DNA from: Alphaproteobacteria bacterium UBA3768 | GTDB lineage: Bacteria > Pseudomonadota > Alphaproteobacteria > CAAHEQ01 > UBA3637 | Reading direction: 5' to 3' | NCBI GenBank assembly: GCA_002372315.1 | Contig: DFFU01000027.1 | Coordinates: forward strand, 7,294-71,293 | Length of the DNA stretch: 64,000 bases | Shown: positions 9,805 through 18,531 of the stretch, in pieces | How the letters are laid out: the number at the start of each line of letters is the position of its first letter | Position numbering within the stretch: the stretch's first letter is position 1 | Program-made: the position numbers and the translations under genes | Notes under the pieces: generated by a model | The model's input: only the letters and a program-made list of their open reading frames with translations | What the model was told of the DNA's origin: nothing | The model's database searches: none

Positions 9805-10745
9805 ATTTTTTCTAAGTCCGATTTCAGTTGCTTTAAATCCTCTGGGATAGGTGCTTCAAACAACATTTGTTTTTGAGTAATAGGATGTATAAAGCCCAAC
9901 AATCCCGCATGTAAGGCTTGACGTGGAAAAAATCGAATATTCTCAGGAGCAGTTTTTGGAGCAGAACCATATAATTCATCACCAATTAAAGGATGTTTTA
10001 TAGAAGTCATATGTACACGAATTTGATGTGTACGCCCCGTTTCCAAATGACATTTAATATGGCTAGCCAAGATACCATAAGCATTGATGCGTTCAAAATG
10101 TGTCACAGCAGGCTTACCCCCCACTTTCACAATAGTCATTTTTTGACGATTTACAGAACTGCGACCAATATTGCCCTCTATACGACCTGATTCCGGTGTC
10201 AATCCCCACACAAAAGCATCATAAATACGCTGAATGGAGTGGACTTCAAATTGTTTAGCAAGTCCCACATGCGCTCTATCGTTTTTTGCAACAACCAATA
10301 ATCCAGAAGTATCTTTATCAATACGATGCACTATCCCGGGGCGTTTTACACCATTGATCCCCGAAAGTGAATCGCCACAATGGTAAAGTAATGCATTCAC
10401 CAGTGTTCCGGTCCAATTACCTGCACCAGGATGAACCACTAAACCGGCAGGTTTATTGACAACCAATAAATCATTATCTTCATAAATAATATCTAAAGGA
10501 ATATTTTCAGGTTCTGGATCAGGTTCGGTTGGTTCAGGTGGGATAATGGTATAAGTAGCACCAGATATCACTTTATCATCAGGTGAAAGGGAAAGATTTT
10601 CCTGCCCCACAATTTGTACAGCCCCCGCTTCAATTAAATGAATAAACTGATTGCGAGAATAGTCGGGAAAGCTGTCCGCCAAAAACTTATCCAAACGTGT
10701 TTTGGGCAGATTTTCAGGAGCTGTAATTGTCAAATTTTCACTCAT
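9801..10745 (-). CDS. rluD: RluA-family pseudouridine synthase RluD
   Basis: S4-like RLDKFLA, NKPAGLVVHPG, GIVHRIDKDTSG, LETGRTHQIRVH, RQALHA. Confidence 0.93.
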   Translation of the reverse strand: MSENLTITAPENLPKTRLDKFLADSFPDYSRNQFIHLIEAGAVQIVGQENLSLSPDDKVISGATYTIIPPEPTEPDPEPENIPLDIIYEDNDLLVVNKPAGLVVHPGAGNWTGTLVNALLYHCGDSLSGINGVKRPGIVHRIDKDTSGLLVVAKNDRAHVGLAKQFEVHSIQRIYDAFVWGLTPESGRIEGNIGRSSVNRQKMTIVKVGGKPAVTHFERINAYGILASHIKCHLETGRTHQIRVHMTSIKHPLIGDELYGSAPKTAPENIRFFPRQALHAGLLGFIHPITQKQMLFEAPIPEDLKQLKSDLEKI

Positions 10746-11245
10746 CTTTCTGCCTTAAATCCCAATAAAATTTCGTGCATCACATAATGATATGCTTCTT
10801 GATCTTTATCAAATTTGGGATAACGAATACCACCCATTTTTTGATAAAAATTAATACCTTTCACATTGCCATCCAACGCATAGACACAAAAACTGGCACC
10901 TTGGATCTTTTCTTTAAAATTATTGAATAAGATCGTCCCAACACCCTTTCTTTGAAAATCGGGATGGATATAAAATGCATATATTTCATATTCATACGGT
11001 ATGTTATTATCCCGTGTTTTGCCACCAAACAAATATCCAATTATGCCTGTTTCATTTTCGGCCACCAAACAAATTTTAAATTCCAAAATTTGATTTCCAA
11101 ATCGTTCGATACGTTTTTCTGTAACAGTGAGTACATCCAATAATTCATCAGGAACAAGCCCCCTATAAGTTGTTTTCCACCCCAATACGTTGATAGTGGC
11201 TAAATCTTTGGCATCTTCTTTTTGAGCTGAGCGGATTTTAAGCAT
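10742..11245 (-). CDS. GNAT N-acetyltransferase
   Basis: YIHPDFQRKGVG acetyl-CoA motif, N..GINFYQKMGG. Paralog of the upstream gene. Confidence 0.9.
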   Translation of the reverse strand: MLKIRSAQKEDAKDLATINVLGWKTTYRGLVPDELLDVLTVTEKRIERFGNQILEFKICLVAENETGIIGYLFGGKTRDNNIPYEYEIYAFYIHPDFQRKGVGTILFNNFKEKIQGASFCVYALDGNVKGINFYQKMGGIRYPKFDKDQEAYHYVMHEILLGFKAER

Positions 11246-11747
11246 GTGTTTTCCCCTTAAATCCCAACATAAGATCGTGCATCATAACACCATAAGTTTC
11301 GCTATCACTATCATATTTAGGATAACGTACCCCCCCTATTTTATGATAAAAATTAAGAGCACATGTGTTGCCATCCAGTGCATAAACACAAAAGGCTGCC
11401 CCTTTAATTCTTTTCCTAAAAGCCTTTACCAAAGCACAACCAACCCCAGAACGTTGGCAATCGGGATGTACATAAAGTGCATAAAGTTCATAAGTATATG
11501 GAACATTAGGTTCTCGGGATTTTCCGCCCGATAGATAGCCCACAACACCATTTTCGTTTTCAGCAACCATATAAATTTCAGCATTTTGGATCACTTTTTT
11601 CCACCCTTCAACACGTTCTTCAGTGACAGCCAAACTATCCAAAATTTGATCAGGCATTAAACCACGATAAGTTTTTTTCCAACCCAACGTATTAATGGTG
11701 GCAATATCAAAAGCATCTTCGGGTGTTGCTGGGCGAATTTTAAGCAT
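11238..11747 (-). CDS. GNAT N-acetyltransferase
   Basis: LYVHPDCQRSGVG, N..ALNFYHKIGG. Confidence 0.9.
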   Translation of the reverse strand: MLKIRPATPEDAFDIATINTLGWKKTYRGLMPDQILDSLAVTEERVEGWKKVIQNAEIYMVAENENGVVGYLSGGKSREPNVPYTYELYALYVHPDCQRSGVGCALVKAFRKRIKGAAFCVYALDGNTCALNFYHKIGGVRYPKYDSDSETYGVMMHDLMLGFKGKTHA

Positions 11748-11749
11748 TT

Positions 11750-12298
11750 CTATTCCCTCTCATTTTGAGTTTTTATCCAAACACGGCGTTCAATGTGGCT
11801 GTCCAATTTAAGATCTGGATCTCTGTGTCCGCCAACTTCATTCATCACACTTGTCATAGCCCTATCAGAGGCATGATTTTCTGCATTACAACTGAGCATA
11901 ACCTCATCCAATCCCAACTGATTATGACACCAATTCAAGACTAATTTCAATCCTTGTTTTACATAGCCTTTACCACGTTCAGAAGGAATAATTTGATAGG
12001 CAATATGTCCACCTCGTATTTTTAAAAAATCATTTAAATAATGGCGAATATTATAAAAACCAATAAATTTATCATCATCGAATAAAAATAATGTTGTTGA
12101 TGGAACTTTACCGTCAGGTTGCTGAGATTCTCGTTTTTGTTGCCAATCCTCTAGATAACCATCAAAATCATTTTCCATATACTTGATTAAAGTTTCTGTT
12201 TGGCCAATATCATAAGGAGTCGGGCTAACCTTTAATTCAGCCAATCCTGCTTTCATTTTTTGTAAATTTTCTTTTGTGGGTTCAAGCAATTTTAACAC
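11750..12298 (-). CDS. GNAT N-acetyltransferase (RimJ/RimL-like)
   Basis: VPSTTLF, IRHYLNDFL..GGHIAYQIIPSERGKGY, N.AS. Confidence 0.85.
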   Translation of the reverse strand: MLKLLEPTKENLQKMKAGLAELKVSPTPYDIGQTETLIKYMENDFDGYLEDWQQKRESQQPDGKVPSTTLFLFDDDKFIGFYNIRHYLNDFLKIRGGHIAYQIIPSERGKGYVKQGLKLVLNWCHNQLGLDEVMLSCNAENHASDRAMTSVMNEVGGHRDPDLKLDSHIERRVWIKTQNERE

Positions 12299-12404
12299 TT
12301 TATTTCTCCTAATTGGAATTAAACCACAAAATTTTTATTCCGTCAATCCCAAAAATCCCCGAACCGATTTTAACGGTCGGGGAAATCGGAAAACCTTTTG
12401 GCAA

Positions 12405-12779
12405 TTAAGCCTTTACTTCAGAATCTTTTTCTTCAGCAATACGGGCTTTTTTACCAAACAATTGACGCAAGTAATAAAGCTTACTGCGTTTCACTTGACC
12501 ACGACGCACCACTTTGATTTCCACGATATTGGGAGAATATAATGGGAACACACGTTCCACACCTTCCCCAAAGGAAATTTTGCGCACAGTAAAGGTAGAG
12601 GCAGCACCATCATTGTGACGGGCAATACACACACCTTCATAGGCCTGATTACGCGTATTTTTTTCTTCCACGATTCGGCAAAGAACACGCAAGGTATCCC
12701 CTGCTTTAAAATCAGGAATCTTTTTATCTAACTTGGCAATTTGTTCTGCTTTCAAGTCTTGAATAATTTTCTTGGTCAT
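12405..12779 (-). CDS. rplS: 50S ribosomal protein L19
   Basis: [45 protein letters not shown]. Confidence 0.98.
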   Translation of the reverse strand: MTKKIIQDLKAEQIAKLDKKIPDFKAGDTLRVLCRIVEEKNTRNQAYEGVCIARHNDGAASTFTVRKISFGEGVERVFPLYSPNIVEIKVVRRGQVKRSKLYYLRQLFGKKARIAEEKDSEVKA

Positions 12780-12894
12780 CTTTCATCTCTCCTTTCGTTT
12801 ATGTTAATGAATAGACCCGATGCATCAAAATAAGAAAAACTAATTTCGCCGCTAATAACGCGTCTTAATAACTTTTTCTGTATTTTGGTTCATT

Positions 12895-13590
12895 TTATTT
12901 TCCTTTCTTTAAATTGGTCAGATATTTTTCATACAAGTCTGGCCGTCTTGTTTTTGTTAAGAGTTCAGATTGTTCATGTCGCCATTGTTTGATTTTGGCA
13001 TGATGTCCACTGGTTAGCACTTCCGGCACCAAACGATTTTCCCAGTTTTGTGGCTTTGTATATTGCGGATATTCCAATAGGCCATTGGAAAAACTTTCCT
13101 CTTGAATAGATTCGGCATTTCCCAACACACCATCAATTAAACGCACGGTGGCATCCAACATAGTCAACAGAGCCGGTTCACCACCTGATAACACAAAATC
13201 ACCCACGCTGATTTCTTGAATGGACCATTTTTCTAAAACACGTTCATCCACGCCTTCAAAACGTCCACATACAAAAGTCAACTCTGGGGTTTGAGCCCAT
13301 TTTTGAGCGGTTGTTTGACAAAAGGTTTCACCCCGTGGGGACAGATAATAAATCTGGCCTTGGGGATTCACAGATGTTAAAGCTTTATCCAAAATATCTG
13401 GACGCATAATCATACCAGCACCCCCACCAAAAGGCGTATCATCAACAGATTTATAATGGTTGTCCGAAAAATCACGGATATTCACGACATTCAATTCCCA
13501 TTTTTTTTCTGCCAATGCCTTACCCACCAATGAGTAGCCCAAGCACCCAGGAAACATTTCAGGATAAAGTGTTAAAACATTGACTTTCAT
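12895..13590 (-). CDS. trmD: tRNA (guanine37-N1)-methyltransferase TrmD
   Basis: VDDTPFGGGAGM, CGRFEGVDERV, SVGDFVLSGGE, LLEYPQYTKP. Confidence 0.97.
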   Translation of the reverse strand: MKVNVLTLYPEMFPGCLGYSLVGKALAEKKWELNVVNIRDFSDNHYKSVDDTPFGGGAGMIMRPDILDKALTSVNPQGQIYYLSPRGETFCQTTAQKWAQTPELTFVCGRFEGVDERVLEKWSIQEISVGDFVLSGGEPALLTMLDATVRLIDGVLGNAESIQEESFSNGLLEYPQYTKPQNWENRLVPEVLTSGHHAKIKQWRHEQSELLTKTRRPDLYEKYLTNLKKGK

Positions 13591-14093
13591 TTTAACCTCT
13601 CCTTCATATCTTCGGGTAAAACAATTTGAATTTTTTTGTTTGCAATATCTACCTTTGGGAAATTCGCTTTGGAAAAAGAAAGTTCCAAAGTTTGTCCTTG
13701 AATAGTTTTGATTTGCAAAATATCGCCTGCCCCATAATTCAGTACACGCAATACTTTTCCAAATTCCAAATCGTTTTGATAAACAGCCACCCCAACCAAA
13801 TCACAATGATAGAATTCATTTTCCTTTGTTTTGGGTAGGTTTTCACGTTTTGTATAAAGTTCCAACCCTTTGAAGTTTTCAGCCGTTGTGCGATCAGTAA
13901 TACCTTTCATCGCAACCAACCAACATTCCTTTTGATGTCCAACCAATGTGGCTTCAAAGTGTTTTTTGCCATCCTTATCGGTCAAGGGATTGAGTCCCTT
14001 AAAATCAGACATGTTCACCAAATAAGGCTTGACCTTCATCACACCTTTAATTCCATGAACATTCACAATTTGACCGACTGCAATCAGCGACAT
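13587..14093 (-). CDS. rimM: 16S rRNA processing protein RimM
   Basis: VGQIVNVHGIKG, EFYHCDLVG, NYGAGDILQI; position between rpsP and trmD. Confidence 0.93.
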   Translation of the reverse strand: MSLIAVGQIVNVHGIKGVMKVKPYLVNMSDFKGLNPLTDKDGKKHFEATLVGHQKECWLVAMKGITDRTTAENFKGLELYTKRENLPKTKENEFYHCDLVGVAVYQNDLEFGKVLRVLNYGAGDILQIKTIQGQTLELSFSKANFPKVDIANKKIQIVLPEDMKERLK

Positions 14094-14102
14094 ATTAAAT
14101 CC

Positions 14103-14549
14103 TTATTCAGCTTTTGGTTCTTCAGCAGGTTGTTCTGCAGGAGCTTCGGCTGGTTGTTCAGCAGCAGCTTTGGCTGCTTCAGCTTCGGCCTTAGCGGCTT
14201 CTTCAGCGGCGGCTTTAGCTTCTGCTTCAGCCTTCATACGTTCTTGAGCCTTCGCTTTAGGAGCAGACTTTTTCGGTGTTTCACGAACAGCTGGCTTATC
14301 ACACAAACCTAACAAGGCGAACAATTTTTGTACGCGTTCGGTGATTTCGGCCCCTTGAGCCATCCACTTTTTGGCTGCTTCCACATTGACACGCAAAGCA
14401 TCTTTGCTATCCTTAGGAAGTAAAGGATTATAAAATCCTAATTCTTCAATATAACGTCCATCACGACGACAACGCTTATCTGCCACAACGATTTTGTGAA
14501 CAGGGCGTTTTTTGGCGCCACCACGGGCTAAACGAATTCTAACTGACAT
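14103..14549 (-). CDS. rpsP: 30S ribosomal protein S16 with Ala/Glu/Pro-rich tail
   Basis: MSVRIRLARGGAKKRP..IVVAD..RDGRYIEELGFYNP. Confidence 0.97.
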   Translation of the reverse strand: MSVRIRLARGGAKKRPVHKIVVADKRCRRDGRYIEELGFYNPLLPKDSKDALRVNVEAAKKWMAQGAEITERVQKLFALLGLCDKPAVRETPKKSAPKAKAQERMKAEAEAKAAAEEAAKAEAEAAKAAAEQPAEAPAEQPAEEPKAE

Positions 14550-14573
14550 ATTTCCTTTTCCTTTCTGTTGTAG

Positions 14574-15956
14574 TTAGACATTAAACGGAGGAAATCCTCC
14601 GCCATTACCAGGCATTCCTTTAAGCATACTACTCATTTGCTTAAATCTAGAGAGCATTCCCAAAGGTCCAATCTTTTTAAACTTTTTCATCACATCAGCC
14701 ATTTGCTCATAACCTTTGAGCAATTTATTGACATCTTCTACTTTTACACCAGCACCACTGGCAATGCGCAGTTTACGACTGGCTTTTATAATTTCAGGAT
14801 TTTCACGTTCTTTTGCCGTCATTGATAAAATAATGGCTTTTTGACGTTTAATCAAGCGATTATCAATTTTAGATTCATCTAAATTTCCAATCAACTTTGC
14901 AGGCATCATCTTAATTAAAGATTTCATATCGCCTAATTTTTCCATCTGTTCAAATTGTTTGAGTAAATCATTTAAATCAAAATGACCACTCATCATTTGC
15001 ATGGCTTGCTGTTCAATATCTTCTTGATTCGTTTTTTCAATGGCTGTTTCCACCAAACCCACAATATCACCCATACCCAAGATACGATCGGCCACGCGCT
15101 TAGCATCAAACGCTTCAATAGCATCCGCTTTTTCACCCACACCCAAAAATTGGATTGGCATTCCTGTTACAGTACGCATAGAAAGCGCTGCACCACCACG
15201 TGCATCACCATCCACTCGGGTTAAAATCACACCACTTACGCCAACTTTTTCTTTAAACTCTTTGGCCACATTCACCGCATCCTGACCCATTAAAGAATCC
15301 ACAACCAGAAAAGTTTCCTGCGGATTTGATAAATCACGAATTCGGGCTACTTCCTGCATCATTTCATCATCAATATGCAAGCGTCCTGCCGTATCCAAAA
15401 TCAAAATCTCATAAAGGCCAAGTTTGGCTTCTTTTAAAGCGCGTTCGGTAATTTGTAAAGGCTTTTCACCTGCCACAATTGAAAGCACATCCAAACCATA
15501 ACTTTTACCCAAATCAGCCAACTGTTCCTGAGCTGCAGGACGATAGGTATCAAGACTGGCTAACAAGACTTTTTTTCCTAATTTTTTCAGTTTCAGTGCT
15601 AACTTTGCCGAAGAAGTTGTTTTACCAGATCCTTGCAAGCCCACCATTAAATAAACATTTTGTGTATTAGGTTGAAACTTTAAATCTTGTGGTTTTCCCA
15701 ACAAATCCACCAACTCATCATGAACAATTTTAATAACCATTTGAGCAGGTTGAACGGAACGAACGACTTCTTGACCTACAGCCTTTTCTTTCACACGATT
15801 GATAAAGTCTTTAGCAACTGGCAAAGCAACATCAGCTTCCAACAACGCAATTCGAATTTCACGCGCTGTTTCTTCCATAACAGATTCCGTAATAAGCCCA
15901 CGCCCCGAAAGCTTGTTAAAGATTTTAGTCAGCCGATCTGTTAAACCATTAAACAA
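14574..15956 (-). CDS. ffh: Signal recognition particle protein Ffh (TTG start)
   Basis: REIRIALLEADV, GLQGSGKTT, DTAGRL, DGDARGGAALS, RILGMGD, RIASGAG. Confidence 0.97.
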   Translation of the reverse strand: MFNGLTDRLTKIFNKLSGRGLITESVMEETAREIRIALLEADVALPVAKDFINRVKEKAVGQEVVRSVQPAQMVIKIVHDELVDLLGKPQDLKFQPNTQNVYLMVGLQGSGKTTSSAKLALKLKKLGKKVLLASLDTYRPAAQEQLADLGKSYGLDVLSIVAGEKPLQITERALKEAKLGLYEILILDTAGRLHIDDEMMQEVARIRDLSNPQETFLVVDSLMGQDAVNVAKEFKEKVGVSGVILTRVDGDARGGAALSMRTVTGMPIQFLGVGEKADAIEAFDAKRVADRILGMGDIVGLVETAIEKTNQEDIEQQAMQMMSGHFDLNDLLKQFEQMEKLGDMKSLIKMMPAKLIGNLDESKIDNRLIKRQKAIILSMTAKERENPEIIKASRKLRIASGAGVKVEDVNKLLKGYEQMADVMKKFKKIGPLGMLSRFKQMSSMLKGMPGNGGGFPPFNV

Positions 15957-15979
15957 CGTTCAAAACTCCTTTATAACAG

Positions 15980-16020
15980 TTGCGCCCCGGTGAGCGAACC
16001 ATCGCCGAACGGGGTATCTC
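15980..16020 (-). promoter_or_regulatory. GC-rich structured 5' leader of ffh
   Basis: Minus strand CCCCG-TTCG-GCGA-TGGT-TCGC-TCAC-CGGGG stem-loop with internal loop, between the ffh promoter and RBS in AT-rich context. Confidence 0.5.
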
Positions 16021-16104
16021 CTTGGAGACTAAATTTCCTAGTCTTTTATTGGAATGAAAGCATTATAACATTTCAAAAAATAAAAGTCAAGAAAAATTTA
16101 TAAG

Positions 16105-17346
16105 CTAAACATCCATACCTTTTGTAGATATTCCTCTTTTAGCATGCAATTGCTGATTTTGAGACTTTAATTGCGAACTTTGTTTCTTAAGGCTTTCAAT
16201 TCTTTGACGTAATTGTTGATTTTCTTGACGTAACTCAGATAATTCTGCAGACATGACTCGTGCATCAGAACACATCTGCTGCATTTGATTCAACAAATCA
16301 CGCATTGTTGGATAAACTGGACTTGATGTAGACTTTTTTTGCCGAGAAGATACATTGTTTTTTGATTCAGTAATAGTGGAGGATTTGGGCGTTTTCAACT
16401 TTGTTTTGGTGGGTCCATAACCTTCATCAGCAATATCAATTTTTTTGTTGTATTTGCGAGCATAACGATCGGAAACCTTACCAACTGGCAAACCATATTG
16501 ATTTCCCAGTTGAAAAGGATTTTGACCTTCTTTACCTGCTAAATAATAAATTAAATCCATATATTGCACATTTGCACTCACTTGCCCCAAGGACTGCGCA
16601 TCGCGAATATTATAAAACAAATCGCGTTGCTTAAATTGAGGAGGTAAATTTTTTAACATGAATGTAATATGCGCTACTAACCTATTCTTATTCTCACCAC
16701 GAAATTCACTCCATAATAAAGGTTCTGGGCCATATTTCATCCCTTCTATAACCCGCCCATTATTTGTAATGGAGAAACCATCCAAATATGCGTGGTTCTT
16801 CTTTTTTAAAAATGGTCCCACAATACCATATAATTCCCTTGTTATTTCTGGTGTAATTTCTTTTGTCATATAAATGTTTAACGGATCTGTTCGCTGGATA
16901 TGCCAAAAATCAACAATTTTATAAGCAGCATGATGTTTTCTTATAAAATCATCCAATTTCATGTATAATGTGGGCAATTTGGGATCATCTAAATTTATAC
17001 TGACAGCAAATCGTTCCCGATAATATTCACCCTTTTGACGAGCACTATGCCACACAAAAATAGCATCTTCATCCAATTTTACGGGAAAATTATCTTGATC
17101 ATGGACACGAATACCTTGGGGTACCATTTTTTTTAAATATTCAATATTCTTTTGGACATTTTTTTCATTCCAAATTTGAGGGATTTTTTTGCGCTTATTA
17201 TACAGCGCATCAACCAAAGTACTCCATGTAAAATCTCCCCCAAACTCTGTGCAAATTTTTCTATGGATAGCTTCAAATTGTTCTTTTGTCATATGGGGAT
17301 TCGGCTTAATTCCCAAACGTTTCGCAATTTGTAATAAGGTTTCCAT
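16105..17346 (-). CDS. Hypothetical protein, possible HopA1/phosphothreonine-lyase-like domain with C-terminal coiled coil
   Basis: Long ORF; AGGAG RBS before METLL; motifs ERFAVSIN..YKIVD..RTDPLNIY; coiled coil and basic tail. Confidence 0.55.
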   Translation of the reverse strand: METLLQIAKRLGIKPNPHMTKEQFEAIHRKICTEFGGDFTWSTLVDALYNKRKKIPQIWNEKNVQKNIEYLKKMVPQGIRVHDQDNFPVKLDEDAIFVWHSARQKGEYYRERFAVSINLDDPKLPTLYMKLDDFIRKHHAAYKIVDFWHIQRTDPLNIYMTKEITPEITRELYGIVGPFLKKKNHAYLDGFSITNNGRVIEGMKYGPEPLLWSEFRGENKNRLVAHITFMLKNLPPQFKQRDLFYNIRDAQSLGQVSANVQYMDLIYYLAGKEGQNPFQLGNQYGLPVGKVSDRYARKYNKKIDIADEGYGPTKTKLKTPKSSTITESKNNVSSRQKKSTSSPVYPTMRDLLNQMQQMCSDARVMSAELSELRQENQQLRQRIESLKKQSSQLKSQNQQLHAKRGISTKGMDV

Positions 17347-17442
17347 CACACCACTCCTGATACATGTCACCAGTTAAAACTATTTTTAAAATAAATGCAA
17401 GGGGAAAAATAAAAAAAGCGCCGCAACGGAAGCAATACAAAT

Positions 17443-17527
<85 letters not shown>

Positions 17528-17632
17528 AACAATTCTATCATAACAAATTTTTTTATAAAATGCAATATTTTTTATTGATGAGCTTGATAAAAACAATATT
17601 TCTGCCCATTTTCAAAAAAAGGAGGAAATAAA

Positions 17633-18232
17633 ATGATTCAACTACACCCACTACCCTATGACTTTAAAGTGCTTGAACCTTATATTTCGCAAACAACTAT
17701 CCAGTACCACTATGGTAAGCACCAAGCCAACTACGTTAAAACGACAGATGACCTGATCAACCAAACAGAAATGGCCAATATGGATTTAGAAAACTTGATT
17801 CTAACTGCATCTTGTGATACGGTCTTAACAAAACTATTCAACAACGCTGCCCAAGTTTGGAATCATCAATTTTATTGGAATTCATTGACCTCTGATAAAA
17901 AGAAACGAATAATTAGTCCGGCATTACAACAAGCTATTCACCGTGATTTTGGTTCTATAAATAACTGTTTAAATCAAATCGTAGAAGCAGGGATGAATCA
18001 ATTTGGAAGCGGTTGGGTTTGGTTGATTGCCGAAAATGGCGTTTTAAAAATTATATCCACATCCAATGCTCAAACACCTTTAACTAGACATGGCATCAAG
18101 TCATTACTATGTATTGATGTATGGGAACATGCCTATTATTTAGATTACCAAAACAACCGCAAAGAGTATTTGACAAAAATAAGCCAAAACTTATTAAATT
18201 GGGAATTTGCTAACCAAAATTGGAAAAGTTGA
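17633..18232 (+). CDS. sodB: Superoxide dismutase [Fe]
   Basis: HYGKH, FNNAAQVWNH (Fe-type AAQ), FGSGWVW, DVWEHAYYLDY. Confidence 0.93.
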   Translation: MIQLHPLPYDFKVLEPYISQTTIQYHYGKHQANYVKTTDDLINQTEMANMDLENLILTASCDTVLTKLFNNAAQVWNHQFYWNSLTSDKKKRIISPALQQAIHRDFGSINNCLNQIVEAGMNQFGSGWVWLIAENGVLKIISTSNAQTPLTRHGIKSLLCIDVWEHAYYLDYQNNRKEYLTKISQNLLNWEFANQNWKS

Positions 18233-18286
18233 TAAATATGAATTTTTGTGATATACTATGATGATCTTTTAAAGAAAGGAAAAACA

Positions 18287-18493
18287 ATGAAAGGTCATTT
18301 AGTTGGCTTTGAATCTATGGAAGATTTTGAAGAGTCCCCAATGAAACCATTTGAAATTATGGATAACAATGCTCGTTTTCAATCTGATTCCGGAATTGTA
18401 GACTATTTGAAAATGCTTGAACGAGAAAGCAAAGTACAAGAAAAAATAACCACAAAAAAAACAATCATCAGAACGTATTGGAGAACACGTTAG
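18287..18493 (+). CDS. Small hypothetical protein (68 aa) with basic C-terminus
   Basis: AAAGGA RBS before ATG 18287; followed by a terminator hairpin. Confidence 0.5.
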   Translation: MKGHLVGFESMEDFEESPMKPFEIMDNNARFQSDSGIVDYLKMLERESKVQEKITTKKTIIRTYWRTR

Positions 18494-18500
18494 TTCTTGA

Positions 18501-18531
18501 GAAAATCTCCCGAAAATCGGGAGATTTTTTA
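18501..18531. terminator. Bidirectional rho-independent terminator
   Basis: AAAATCTCCCGA-AAA-TCGGGAGATTTTTT between converging genes. Confidence 0.85.

Noticed and set aside
14103-14240. Repetitive DNA at the rpsP 3' end
   Set aside because: Encodes the common Ala/Glu/Pro-rich S16 tail.
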